Assembly (NCBI RefSeq): GCF_001194135.2
Contig: NC_068982.1
Location: forward strand, 68,599,262 to 68,663,261
Length of the DNA stretch: 64,000 nt
Origin: Octopus bimaculoides
Lineage: Eukaryota
Direction of reading: 5' to 3'
In this document: positions 1 through 13,900 of the stretch, in pieces
How positions within the stretch are numbered: the first letter of the stretch is position 1
Layout: every line of letters starts with the position of its first letter
The notes under the pieces: model-generated
The model's database searches: none
Seen by the model: the letters and a program-made list of their open reading frames with translations, nothing else
What the model was told of the DNA's origin: nothing
Position numbers and translations under genes: made by a program

Positions 1-493
1 GGCATCCAGTCCAACATTCTTATTGTCCCATCAATCCACCATCCAGGATTAATACCTATTTTTTCTTTTTTTTTAATCTCCTCTGAAAAGATGAAAGGTA
101 AAGTAGACCTTGATGTGATTTGAACATAGCATATATTCAAAACAAATACCACAAGGCATCCTACTTGATATAATAACTTCAATTCATTGCCCTAATTAAC
201 AGCTTTGTATTTCTACTCTAATTTTGGTATGGTCTTAAAGCATTTTGTAGAATTGTATGAGAATTGTATGCATTTGGGGAGCAACAAGTCTGTCATCAGT
301 AATCAATTGGCTGTACAGAAATCATAATTGCTGATTCAGTTTCTGACAATAAATAATCAAATCAAACATCTTTTGTATATATGACTATCATTTCCTCAAA
401 CAAACACAAACCCTATTCTTTTACAGCACAAACTCCAAGTCCACTTGTTGGTTCTGCTACAATAACTATAAAAAAAACCTTGAAATATATTAA

Positions 494-1574
494 CCCTTTC
501 GTTACTAACCCGGCCATAGCCAGCCGAAAAATTTTTTGGTTCATAAGACTAACCTGGCCGTAGCCGGCCGAACATACCCATTGTTATTTAAATGTATATT
601 TGAACCCAAATCTCGTTAGTACATTCGTTAAAACACCTGATTTCACTTTGCAAACAGTTGAGTTATTGTCTCCGACATTGTTTGGCGTGATATTTGAACT
701 CAGTGAATTTTGGAAGATTTTTTTGCACATTTTTTGCGGCGTTAATTTTTTTAAACTTTGAAGATGGAGAGGAGTTTCATGCTATCAAGCAGTGATTCCA
801 AATTTGAAGGTTTTTCAACAGAAGATATGGAGATATCGAAGAAAAGAATGAATGAGCTACAAAAGCACGTGGTGAACGATAATGAATCGGATATTTCTGT
901 ATCCGAAACTGAAAGCAGCGACGGCNNNNNNNNNNNNNNNNNNNNNNNNNNNNNNNNNNNNNNNNNNNNNNNNNNNNNNNNNNNNNNNNNNNNNNNNNNN
1001 NNNNNNNNNNNNNNNNNNNNNNNNNNNNNNNNNNNNNNNNNNNNNNNNNNNNNNNNNNNNNNNNNNNNNNNNNNNNNNNNNNNNNNNNNNNNNNNNNNNN
1101 NNNNNNNNNNNNNNNNNNNNNNNNNNNNNNNNNNNNNNNNNNNNNNNNNNNNNNNNNNNNNNNNNNNNNNNNNNNNNNNNNNNNNNNNNNNNNNNNNNNN
1201 NNNNNNNNNNNNNNNNNNNNNNNNNNNNNNNNNNNNNNNNNNNNNNNNNNNNNNNNNNNNNNNNNNNNNNNNNNNNNNNNNNNNNNNNNNNNNNNNNNNN
1301 NNNNNNNNNNNNNNNNNNNNNNNNNNNNNNNNNNNNNNNNNNNNNNNNNNNNNNNNNNNNNNNNNNNNNNACGTAAGGAGAACTTTTAGACAAAAATTAT
1401 GCAATAGAATTGATTAAGAACCCTTTCTTTAATTATGTTCCAAATATCACAATATGTTGATAAATAAAAAAGTTACAGGTGTTTAATGAGACTAATCTAA
1501 ATTCATGATTATTTTAGAATTTAATTGAAACTCATGAGGGGTGTATTTTGGTCAGAAATATAGTAACCAAAGGG
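494..1574 (+). mobile_element. piggyBac-type element (gapped) with an acidic transposase-like N-terminal remnant
   Basis: TTAA|CCCTTTCGTTACTA ... TAGTAACCAAAGGG|TTAA termini. The ORF start SDSKFEGF...ESDISVSETESSD is typical of piggyBac transposase N-termini. The interior is an N gap. Confidence 0.65.
926..1370. other. Assembly gap (N run)
   Basis: 445 Ns. Confidence 1.
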
Positions 1575-1870
1575 TTAAGACAGGCTGGACAATAAACCAG
1601 ATATAACATACCCAGACTGATAACACCAACAGGAAATAAACATTGCATGTGATGGGATGTGTGTGGCATGGTCCCAGCCTAGATAAAAGCATGACATATG
1701 CAATGTACTAGAACAAAGTTTATGCGATTATATTTGTTCTTTTGAATTACTATTTATAAGACAATACACTCAACTTGACATTATATTTAGTATATCCTTA
1801 TTATCAATAAACTTTTTTGTAACACAATCTCTGAAAAAATTTATCTTCACCATCCAAAATAGATACTTAC

Positions 1871-1910
1871 AAAGAAAGTATGTCTTCCGCTTTTTTTATG
1901 GATTCAGCTT
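1871..1910 (-). CDS. KNL1: Probable KNL1 exon (EAESIKKAEDILS)
   Basis: TTTTACTTTTGTAG acceptor and GTAAGT donor, phase-compatible. The downstream exon is unresolved. Confidence 0.6.
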
Positions 1911-4900
1911 CTACAAAAGTAAAAAAGCCATAAAATAGATTATTAATCAACTATATATCACAGAAATATCAGCAAATATGTGTGTACTATAAGTGCATTT
2001 TCTGTTATGTTTTCTTAATACACTATTTTGAGAGCACTGACTTATGAGGCATAATGTTCACGAGGAGTGTAAACACATCAACATCATATATTGCTCAATT
2101 TCATGTAAGAAATAGAAACGACAACTTTCACTCACACACTAGGCATGGCTGTGTGTTTGAGGCTTACTTAGCAACCATATGGTTTTAGGTTCAATCCCAC
2201 TGTAGAGCACCTTGGGCACCTTCCACAACAGCTAAGGACAACACAAAACCTATGTGGATTTAGAAGATGGAAGCTAAAAGAAGCCTGTTTGTGAACGTGC
2301 GTGCACGCTTGCTTATATTTGCATTTTAGCATGAAAAGTAAACACTGCTTGTACATCAGTAATTTACATAACAGAATTAACAATTGGAAATGTGTCTGGT
2401 GCACTGACAAATGAATCTACAATAAGCCAAAAAACTATTTTAATCCAATCCACTATGCTTATGTTCTTGTAACAACACCTTCCCAAATATTTGGGTAGTA
2501 GATGCGCTTGATGCCAATGTCATGTCATTGGCACCCATACCAGTGGCATGTAAAAGACACCCACTACACTCTCAGAGTGGTTGGTGTTAGGAAGGGCATC
2601 CAGCCATAGAAACCTTGCCAAATCAGATTGGAACCTGGTGCAGCCCCACTGGCTTATCAGTTTTCAGTCAAACCGTCCAACCCATGCCAGCATGGAAATC
2701 GGACGTTAAATGATGATGATGTAACAACACATATTCTAATACAAACACCTAGCCCTCTAAGTGCTAATAGAGTATTCTTTTACAGTAATTTAGGCAAGGT
2801 CTCTGTTCTGAGGAATAACTTCTCATCAGTTTTAGTGCCCTTGAACACTGCTGCCCTTCTTTGACTTATCATCATCATTTTAACATGCTTTTCACAGTGG
2901 GTCTCCATGGTTCTTTTTTTATTGGGAGCCCTTGTCCTCATACATTGTCTCCCATATATTTCACCTAGGCATGGTTTCTACAACTAGATACCTTTCCTGT
3001 CTCCAACCTCTTTACAAAAGTGTATCAGGTGCATTTCATCATGTTACTAGGAATAGAAAGGCTGTCATAACCTTGGCCTCACTAAGTCATGTAAAAACAG
3101 TTAAAAAAATTGGAATGGTTTCGTAGAAAGTCTTCAATTATTCAGGAAGAGGAGTCCTGAAGCGGAAGCCTAGTGTTTGAGATGTAAATTTAGCAATGAT
3201 TGTGCAATACTAGTCATTAAAGTTTCCAGAGAATTATACTGATTACACTCACAATGTAACACACCTCACTTTGCAAAAGAAATCATTTCTATTACATTAC
3301 TTACCGTCCAGATATTTTCTACCTTCCTTGTAACATTTTATTTGAGCTTCAGAATATTCACTTTTAGAATTCAACAGTTCAATTTTTTCCTCAAAATCTT
3401 TCAATACTTTAAGAGAGCAAAAGCAGAAAAAGATCTTCAAAATATGATAATGTATTAATACAATTTTATTCAACTTTTAATTTCGACATCTTAATATCTA
3501 ATAGCTGATGATATATCAGAAGCACTTTTTTTTTTTCCTAAAAAAATCTTGCAAAAATCTCTCCAAGTCTTATATGCAATGTTGAACTTATATTACATGC
3601 TTTAATGCACTAAAAAATATTCACCTGAATATATGCTGCATGTAATATGCCCGTGTCTTTTATGCCATCAAATATGATAATAGCAATTTCCTTTTATACT
3701 ATTTTCTTCAAATGTTAGGTAACATTTTCATGATATACAATTATTCACAAAGCCATTATTGGTTCTAGGTGTGTATAGAGCACATACCAAATGCAATACT
3801 ATGGCAAATTATCTTCGGTTGCAACAATAAACTGAGATAAAATGTAAACTCAAAGCCCTGCTTAACATGTTTTCCATTTTTTCTATAATTCTTTCTTTAG
3901 CATAAGGCAGCAAGCTGGCAGAATCATTAGCACATCAGATAAAATGCATAGCGGCATTTCTTCTAGTTCTTTACACTCTGAGTTCAAATCTTGCCAGGGT
4001 CAACTTAGCCTTTCATTCCTTCAAGACTAATAAAATAAAATACCAGTTAAGTAGTGAGGTTGATGCCATTAACTTGCACCTTCTCCTCAAAATTGCTGAC
4101 TTTGAACTCTGCAACAGACCAGTGTCCCATTCAGGGAAAATGTTGGGATCTCAATCACATGGAAACCCAGGTAACTGGTTTTATGAGGCTTGAGAGAAAA
4201 AAAAAATATTATTTAGCATAGTGTAATTTTTTATAAGGATTTCAATGAAAAAAATTCTTTTGAAAAATAAATGTTTATACCATTATCCAAACTATCTATT
4301 TGTTGGTCCAATTTTGAAGTAATGTCCACTATTTGAGAATTAGCTTTTTCCATCTGTTTCAATTTATCCTGAGGGAAGAGAAAATAAGGAATAAATAATC
4401 AATAATCCTTTCTTAACTAGAGTTAACCATTAAGATAACGACTCATTCTTCACACTATGGGTTTAATTTTAATTAAAATTCTTTGGTTCACTAGACTAAA
4501 TCTATTAGTGCCCACACTACTAATTAGTTTTCAAGCAGCAGGTATCCCACCCCTTACAATCATTCTTTTAAATTATGTCATTTGATATTCATTTGTAAAA
4601 AATCCTATATATTTCTCAAGTCAACTTAAATCTGCAGTAAGTCATACAATGCTTAGCTGATGAGATGTAACAAGATCGAAACACATCCAAAGTTGTTACA
4701 CGATGAGTCAAAGATGAGACACTCTCTACTGCATTCTACCAAACGTATGTCTTACCATCAGCTCATGGTACATTCTACCCCCCACTTCATTATCATCACA
4801 TATCTTCCTGTATTTAAGTACCTTTAACAGTCTAGCACTTTCTCATCAATTAACATTTCACATACAACAGATTATATTCAGTTCAATTTTCTTCAATTAC

Positions 4901-7900
4901 TTGATCCCACTGCATGGTACTTTGAGTACGCATCTTCTATCATAATCTTGGGATGACCAAAGAATTATGAGTAAAACTTGGTTGACTGTATGAAAGCCAG
5001 TCAGAGGGACCATTTCCGTTTTTGGATAGTAATCATGTTTACTATCATGATCCAGCCTCAGTTGCCTTTAGCAGAGTACACTTTATTGCGAGCATTCAAA
5101 ATGTACTTTGTTTGAGGGTAACTTCCTTTCCTCCAAATACCAGTGTAGAAGATTCTTTAAACATCATAGGCACTGCCCTTACTCGACTGACTAAATTTAC
5201 CATTCACCTTTTACTCGCTTCAGTCATTGGTCTGCAAGGGTTTTAGAGGAACTGCTGAGTTACAGGGATGTAAACAAGCCAACATCAGTTGTCACACAGG
5301 ACGGAGAAGGAACAAACACAAAGAAACACGCACACACATTTGTAGACATCATGCTTACACACAGTTTCTCTCTCTACCAACAAAATTCACTCACACAGCA
5401 TTAGTTGGTTTGGGGTTACAGTAGAACTTGTTCAAGGTGCTGCCCAGTAGGACTGAGCCCAAAACCAAGTGGTTGCTAAGCAAGCTTGTTAACCTCACAG
5501 CCACATGTTCAAATCCTATTAAAATAGCATATTCTTAAGAACGGTATTTTATTTGCTTCAATGTATCAAAACTTGATAAGAGTTTATAACATGTCCAACT
5601 TACTGTGTAGGCTGAAGTCAAGTCATTAAAGTATTCAATTTTTTTCTGCTTCATTTTCTTGTCAGTTCTTTGCTTACAAATTTTGAAATCAGCCAAAAGT
5701 TGCTTCTTTATATCTTCTTTCTACAATTAAAAATAAAATATATTCGATTATATCATAAGCAAAAAAAACTGCAGGTAAAAGGTATGACGATGAATATTAG
5801 AAAAATAATGATGATGACTGCAAGTTCTGAGGCATGTGGTGAGGTGCAAAGAACAATGAAGTGTGCATGTGCAGTGTACAAGAAATGTGTTGGAATGAAC
5901 TCCATTACATGTACAGTTTGCATTGGGTGGGTACATTAAAACATAGTGGTGTGAAAGGTTATTAATAAATAAATACCGTTTGGGAAGATGAATGAAAAAG
6001 CATACTGAAAACTTCAAAACGTACTGAACTTGTCTTTTCCCTTTCTTCTAAAACATTTCTGAAACCATAGAGAAGCTCTGGATCTTTAAACTGTTTCATA
6101 AGTCTAAAAAATAATAAATATTCCTAAGATTAAACAGAATTGTACATTAAATTTTGTAAATATTTTTGAAGAAATATTTGGTTTTTCAATTTAAGCGTGT
6201 ATGTTGCACTTTAAATGACAATGAGTATGCAAACACTGCTACAATTAGTGTTTGCTTTTCTATATGAATGAAGAATTACATCCTTAACCCTTTAGCAGTC
6301 AAACTAGCCATATCCAGCCTAAGTATTCTGTGTTATGTTCAAACCAGCCAGATGCAACCTCTCACACCTACCCTACATGTCCTTCTAAAAATAAGCTATC
6401 ACATCATGAAAATCTCAAAGCTGCAAGAAGATGCATGATTAATTCAAAACAATGTGAATAAATAAGTGCTGTTGACAGAATAATCTGAAAAATAAAGGGT
6501 TAATCAAAATAACTATGAATCTACCTTGGAAAACACAGCCAGAAAGGCTTTCTTAAACTGTTTGATATTGAAGTATTTGCTGATTAAAAGATTACAATGT
6601 TTTGGTCACCTGTTTTGCACACACAAATGCATATACAATTACATCCAAAGACATGTTCACACTCAAGCACAAACATGCAGACACACATGCACAGGCACAT
6701 ACACACACTTGATCAAAAGTACATACAGAAATCTGAACCATGAAATGATTTCATACTACAGACAAAAACAAACAATATCTAATATCCATCCACCCATTTT
6801 TACTGCACAGCTTTTTGGGAGGTCATGAAGGTAGAGTCCTTGGGCACCCTCTCCATATGATTCTATTGTCATTATAAATTTCCTGCTGAATTCACAAGCA
6901 TAACCAGCTAGGACTGTGAATGTTATCCAACCAACTCGTTTTTGGTCTACCTCTTGATGATCTTCTGCTAGTGGGCTTGCCTTGAAGAATCCATTTTGGG
7001 ATTCTTTCCTGCAACATTTTAATCACATGCCCATAGTGCCAAAGTTGTGATCACTCAATGCAGAGAAATAGTAGCAGTATCTGGAAAGACTCCATGATCT
7101 CCAAGATATGCACTCTGTTGAATAACATCACTCCAGAAATTCTTCACAGGAACCCCATTTCATTCTGTTGACTTCCTGATTGTACTTTATCAGTCATTAT
7201 CCAACATTCATGACAAATAGTAAGGATAAGCACAGAAACCAAATTGAAGATAGCAAGTTTGTCTATTTGACCAATCTCTTCTTCTGATGAAGATAGAATG
7301 CTGAAGTTGGCACAATACTATACCACACCTGCAATTTTAAATACAAAGTTATAGAAAAAAAAAATCACCTTTCTCCATCAGATTTCAACTGTTCATGACT
7401 TTTCAAGATACATTGATATTCAGGATGAAGTCTGCAAACTAACTCCATTTTTTCTTCAATGGTTTGAGGCTCAGTAACCTAAATAAGAAAGATTAAAACG
7501 AAATGTTTAAATGAAAGAGCTGTATTTTCTTATCACAAAAATAAAATGTTAAAAAACTAAAAAAGAAATAAAAATTTTATGTTCACCAAAAAGATTTTTC
7601 TTAAATAGCTTTCTAAAAATATTGTTAAAGTCCAATCAAAAAAATAATCCAGTAATTCTATAGAAAAAGAAGCAAAAATATTTTCCTTAAAAACACAATA
7701 TTAGCCACAGTCCATAAAATTTTTAACTCTTTTATTAACCCTATTTCTGTTGAAATAGGCAGTTTTGTTTCACTTCATTTTGAAAATAGTGAAGAGTTTA
7801 TCAAAATAACTTTGCCCTTATTAAGCTGGTATTTGGAATATTTTGATGCAAGATTTAATATACATCCCTTTCAAAGGGGAAATTTATATCATATGCCAGC

Positions 7901-10900
7901 CCTGCTGGACTGGCTCCTGTGCAGGTGGCACATAAAATACACCATTTCAAGCGTGGCCGTTGCCAGTACCCCCTGACTGGCCTTTGTGCCGGTGGCACGT
8001 AAAAGCACCCACTACACACTCTGAGTGGTTGGCGTTAGGAAGGGCATCCAGCTGTAGAAATTCTGCCAAATCAGATTGGAGCCTGGTGTAACCATCTGGT
8101 TTCACCAGTCCTCAGTCAAATCGTCCAACCCATGCTAGCATGGAAAGGGGATGTTAAACGATGATGATAATGAGAACCAGGGACAATCCTAAATGGGAAG
8201 GGGTTTTTTTTCCATCTTTAATCATCATCNNNNNNNNNNNNNNNNNNNNNNNNNNNNNNNNNNNNNNNNNNNNNNNNNNNNNNNNNNNNNNNNNNNNNNN
8301 NNNNNNNNNNNNNNNNNNNNNNNNNNNNNNNNNNNNNNNNNNNNNNNNNNNNNNNNNNNNNNNNNNNNNNNNNNNNNNNNNNNNNNNNNNNNNNNNNNNN
8401 NNNNNNNNNNNNNNNNNNNNNNNNNNNNNNNNNNNNNNNNNNNNNNNNNNNNNNNNNNNNNNNNNNNNNNNNNNNNNNNNNNNNNNNNNNNNNNNNNNNN
8501 NNNNNNNNNNNNNNNNNNNNNNNNNNNNNNNNNNNNNNNNNNNNNNNNNNNNNNNNNNNNNNNNNNNNNNNNNNNNNNNNNNNNNNNNNNNNNNNNNNNN
8601 NNNNNNNNNNNNNNNNNNNNNNNNNNNNNNNNNNNNNNNNNNNNNNNNNNNNNNNNNNNNNNNNNNNNNNNNNNNNNNNNNNNNNNNNNNNNNNNNNNNN
8701 NNNNNNNNNNNNNNNNNNNNNNNNNNNNNNNNNNNNNNNNNNNNNNNNNNNNNNNNNNNNNNNNNNNNNNNNNNNNNNNNNNNNNNNNNNNNNNNNNNNN
8801 NNNNNNNNNNNNNNNNNNCAATGTTCGAAGGTCTTGCCTAACCACCTCAGCCCAGGTCTTCCTGGGCCTACCTCTTCCACGGGTTCCCTCAACTGTTAGG
8901 TTGTGGTACTTTTTCACGCAGCTATCCTCATCCATTCTCACCACATGTCCATACCAGCGCAATCATCTCTCTTGCACACCACAACTGACGCTTCTTATGT
9001 TCAGCTTTTCTCTCAAGATACTTACACTCTGAATGGTATGCACACTGACATTACACATCCAGCGGAGCATACTGGCTTCATTCCTTGCGAGCTTACGCAT
9101 GTCCTCAGCAGTCACAGCTTTAATATGTTTGTCAATGCTACCATGAGTAAGCTGGTTGTAAAAAGTTTCCATATTTGTATGACATGCTGGAGCAGGTATT
9201 TTGCTCTGATCAAATGCCTTAAAAAATGCTGGTCTCTTTGGTACCTTTAACAAAATTTCCTCCAATTTGCAGGTAACTCAAATATATTGATGTGTAATGT
9301 CTTACTGCAACAACCCAGGATTTCTTTTCCTTCTATCCCACTCCACCTCAAACAAATGCCTTTCAAAAGTCCTTGCATTTGTTTTGGGTTCTTCTGATTA
9401 AGCCATAAAAATTTGTTTAATCCTTACAAAAGAAACTTACTTTTCAAGTGGATTCAATGTTCACTTTTCCATGTAAGCATGGAAAAGTGGACATTAAAAC
9501 AATGATGGTGATGACAGCAAGAAATTAAAAGAGGTCATTAATTTCCACTTTCTAAATATTTTAAGCTGTTATGTAAAATAATATGCAAAGCCAGTAGTAA
9601 AAGTATGAAAATATACAAGTAACAAAAAATAGTTTACCACTGAAGCTTCATATATATTAGATTGCCGACACTCCAATGCAACATTCTCTAATCGATCAAT
9701 ACCAACCAGAAACAGAAGATCTTCAATTGTTTCAACTTCCATCTACAATAAAACATAGGTTTGATTAAAACTTTTTTAAAAACTAAATGAAGAAAATTAT
9801 CCTAAATACTTAAATTTGAAATTCTTACACATCATTATAATATTCATATCTATTTTCCATGTTAGTATGAATTCTAGCTCTAGTCAGTTCTTGTTAAGAG
9901 TTATAGCCTCTTTAACATGGTTAAGAGACCACACTTGCTCATTTCATTATATAGAGATATTTAAGGCAGTGAGCCGGTTAAATTGTTAGCATACCGGACA
10001 AAATGCTTGGCTGCATTTTTTCCAACTCTTTACAGTCTGTTCAAATCCTGTCAAGGTCAACTTTGCCTTTTATCTTTTCAGAGTTGATAAAATAAAATAG
10101 CAGTTAAGTACCGGGGTTGAAGTAATTGACTGGACCCTTCCTTAAAATTGCTGTCCTTGTACCAAAATTTGAAAGAAATTATAAAGAAATGATGGGTGTT
10201 AGGAAGAGCATTTCCATCTGTGTATAAATCTACAAAGTCCCCAGAAATCAATAACTTATATAATTTAGTAAGTGCTTTATTCACTATATGTAGTGAAAAT
10301 ATACTTTTAAAATTCACAATTTATCACTGTATTCAAAGTGGAATCTTCAATTATGATTTTAGTAAATTCTCATATGAAGTTGTATATAATCAGGAACTTG
10401 TGTACATTATTAACACATGAAAAAGGCTGAATACAAGTAATTTGTGGAAGTAACAAGGTGTGTGTGTATTTGTCTCTTTGTCTTGACATCATGTGATAGT
10501 TCAAACAAGTACCTTTGTCATACGAAAGGTGCTCCTTGTTTCCAGTCTTCTGAGAAAACATATCAGGCCACGGGGGAAATATTATGTTGCTCCAAAATAA
10601 GTGGGGTCAGTGACAGGATGGGCATCAGGCTCTAGAAGAACTGCCTCATCAAATTCTGTCTGATTCACGCAAGTGAAAAAGTGGACATTATAACAAAGAT
10701 GATACATGCTTTGTATTTATAGCTACAGTTGAAGTAAAACACATTTTTCTACAAACACTCTTAGATTACACCAAAATATTAATTTCATGAATTAATATAG
10801 ATAACAGTAGAGGAAAATTTTGTCTTTCTGCTAACATTTGTTTATCTTTGAGGTTCGACTGATGTAAATGTACACACATACAATAACATAAAAAGAATAA

Positions 10901-13900
10901 AACACAGAAGCTCCATAAACTTATCATAAGTCTCAATTAAGAGAGGAAACAAGAACTTCTGCTCACATTTAATTTTCTGCATCGGCAGGAGAACTGGATT
11001 GATGGGCCACACTTTCACGGTCCATATTTATACTGAAAATCAAGATTGAGCAAGTATTTGCTCTACAACTGAAGTTCATGATTTGGTTAACTTTTTTTCA
11101 ACCCCATGTCCTGGTTTAATGGAATTCATCCCAGTCAAAGGTGACAGTAACTGTGTCTGGCAAAAATTACAAGTTTTATGCCTTGAAGGATTATCTCAAC
11201 ATAGTAAGCCAAAATATTTCTTAAGTATACAGTGGTTCTGCTGATTACAAAAACATTCTATCTACTCATGATACCTTTTTACAGCTTAGTAAACGGAGTA
11301 AGAAAGAGTTCGGTATATTGGTCAACATATAGACCAAAGTACAAACCTTTCAGCTTGTAAGTCAAAAAACTGTCACTGTAACCTGTTATGGCTCTTGATC
11401 TTGGCAATAATTTTGACATAAGATGTGCTGAACATTGATAAAAGTCATTTTCATAATAAAGCATGTTCAAACCTGAAAATAATACTTACTAAAGACAAAG
11501 GCTTTTCCAAATGGGGAAAGTGCATGTTCATTAAAAGACGACTGCATAATGTCGAGTCTGAGATATTATTCAATGTGGAAATGCTGTTTTTAATATCTGT
11601 TATACTTCTATCAGTCATCATGGAGCCAGATCTTGATGGTACTTGTGAATATGATTGTGGTTGTTTATTTTCCGGTGATAAATTCAAAGAATCTTCATGA
11701 GAAATATTTCCAATCAAAAAATCAGGTTTCTCATCCATAATATCAGACACATCTAAAATGATACAAAATATAGTTTATGAAATGATATAAAATAATAAGT
11801 TATATACTTTCTAGAGTATAGGACCATACATATTAACATACCTTTCAAAATAAATAGCAGAAACAGAGAATGAGCCTATCTTCACAGAATACCAGAGAGA
11901 AGAGACTAAAATTTCTATGAAAGGAAGAAATAAGAAACTTTTCTGTTTGAACTGCCTTTCCTAATTTTATTAAAACTTATACACACATAGTTTTCCATGT
12001 CAATTATGACGATTCTAATCATTTTATTGAGAAATTAATAATGAAACAAAAAAAACTTTAAATCTTAAAGATTGAAATTTTACCCAGTCAGATTTATCTA
12101 TTCTCAACATCTCACCCATCAAACAGATGTTTACATTGCAACCATATTGAAGTTTAAGGTTTGTGTTTAATGTTTATGGTTAGTTATAAGTTTATAGTGC
12201 ATCACAAAACTTCATTAATTTCCATCTTTAAAGGTTTTGTAACATCATCATTATTCATTTCTCAAAAAACAATCACAGTTTGTGATTTGTTGTAGTTGCA
12301 TGTCAAAAGCAAAAACAAAAAAAAACCGATGCACTCCATAATATCACCACAGCAAGAGAGAGGATGGATCTGACTAGCTAAAATAATAAAAAAAAATTTC
12401 AGTACTTAAACATTTGTAACTGTTTGTTGTTAATTTCTCTCTCTAAAAAGCAATTGTGACTAGTACTTGGCATCAAAAACAAAATTTGTATAGAAATTTT
12501 GAAATTAAAGTAGAAACAATTAAAAAAAAAAAGATAAAATTAATTTGTGGAATATTAGATTAAATCATTGACTTTAAAAGTATATATTAACATTCGATTA
12601 AAGCATTAAAATACTACAGTAATCTTCTACTTTAATACATTACTCCTATTTCAAAGAAAAAAAATTATCTAAAAGGTATTGTATCTTAATATTATACACA
12701 TTTACGACAGTAAAATAACACAGCAGATAATAGAATTAGAAGGGGTGGGGAGGTTAAAGGTTGCACGATTGTAGGAGAGAAGGGATGAGTAAAACAGATA
12801 CAGAGGTGAGCTATAGTAAATATCATGGTAAATATGTCAGACTCCGATGTCCAGTCAGGAAACACATTAACTACTTCAGTAACCATTTCTAATAACATTA
12901 ATCTTAATTATCTATCTCTAGCTTTCTCACAGAACTCACCTTAATTAAAGCATTGATATTTTAATAATAAAATCAAACTCACCAGCATTGTCAAAATCAA
13001 AGCAAGTTTTCTCTGATACACTATTTGTACCATATTGAGTACCACTGGCATCAGTTCTCAAACACTTCTCTGTAACAACTTTATCTGGTTGTATACTGCT
13101 CTCAGCCATCAAACTGCCCTTATTAACAGTAAAAGAATTACTGTTCAAAGAAGTTTCAATTAATTTTGAGCTAATTGTTTCAGAACATGTTTGCCTTCGA
13201 GAAAATACATTTGAAGTATTGAAAGAAGAGTCATTTGATTTCTTGAAATTATTATTAGAAGAAATTTGGGGTTGATGACATTTATCAGGCACATCTAAAG
13301 TATCTATTTTCAAAACACAATCACTCAAACCTTTTTTCACTTCACCTTTATTCACATTTTCTATGACATTCCCAACATTGAACAGTTTATTTTGCAGTTT
13401 TGTCAAATTATTTGTTGCACTCAATTTGTGTTTTTCAGTTTGTATTTTATTTTCCTGTATGTCATTTTCTGATAATTTCTCAGCTTTCTTACAAGATACT
13501 AATGTTTGGTCTGCATCACTCCTGATTACATTTTGTTCATCTACTGCTGTATCAGGATAATCTGGAACCTGTTTTGAAGATGGCATTATTTCATTAAGAA
13601 CATTTTCTTTACACTCTCCTGTGAAACTAGAACCAAAAGGAGGCATAGATTCTTTTGTCTCTACAGAATCTTTTTCTATTAAATGTAATCCTTTTGAACA
13701 TGAAGCAGAACCCTCAGATTTTCCTACATTAAATGAGTGTACAACACCACTAGTGTTCATACTAATATAAAGTACACGTTTTTTCTCTAATTGCATCCCA
13801 GTAACATTATCAACTTTTTCTGCAACTATGTCATCTTTATTCTTTTTTTCCTTTTCATTAGTAACTTCTCCTGAACTGTATTTTATCTCTTCACAATTTG

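Noticed and set aside
751-1417. Track ORFs spanning the first N gap
   Set aside because: Their length comes from Ns. Only the short piggyBac-like acidic stub is real sequence.
130-1830. Candidate further KNL1 exons (about 1776-1830, 165-191, 400-465)
   Set aside because: They would need a 40-nt intron or inconsistent phases, and no RWD motif is recognisable. Left unresolved.
8161-9032. Track ORFs spanning the second N gap
   Set aside because: Artefacts of Ns; the flanks are RTE retrotransposon sequence.
9142-9245. Possible KNL1 exon (LRHLIRAKYLLQHVIQIW)
   Set aside because: Phase is incompatible with exon 9638-9742. Exon 7369-7478 joins in phase and matches the expected KNL1 segment better.
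11279-11470. Minus-strand ORF next to KNL1 exon 11 as an extra exon
   Set aside because: The available acceptor gives a stop in the required phase 0.
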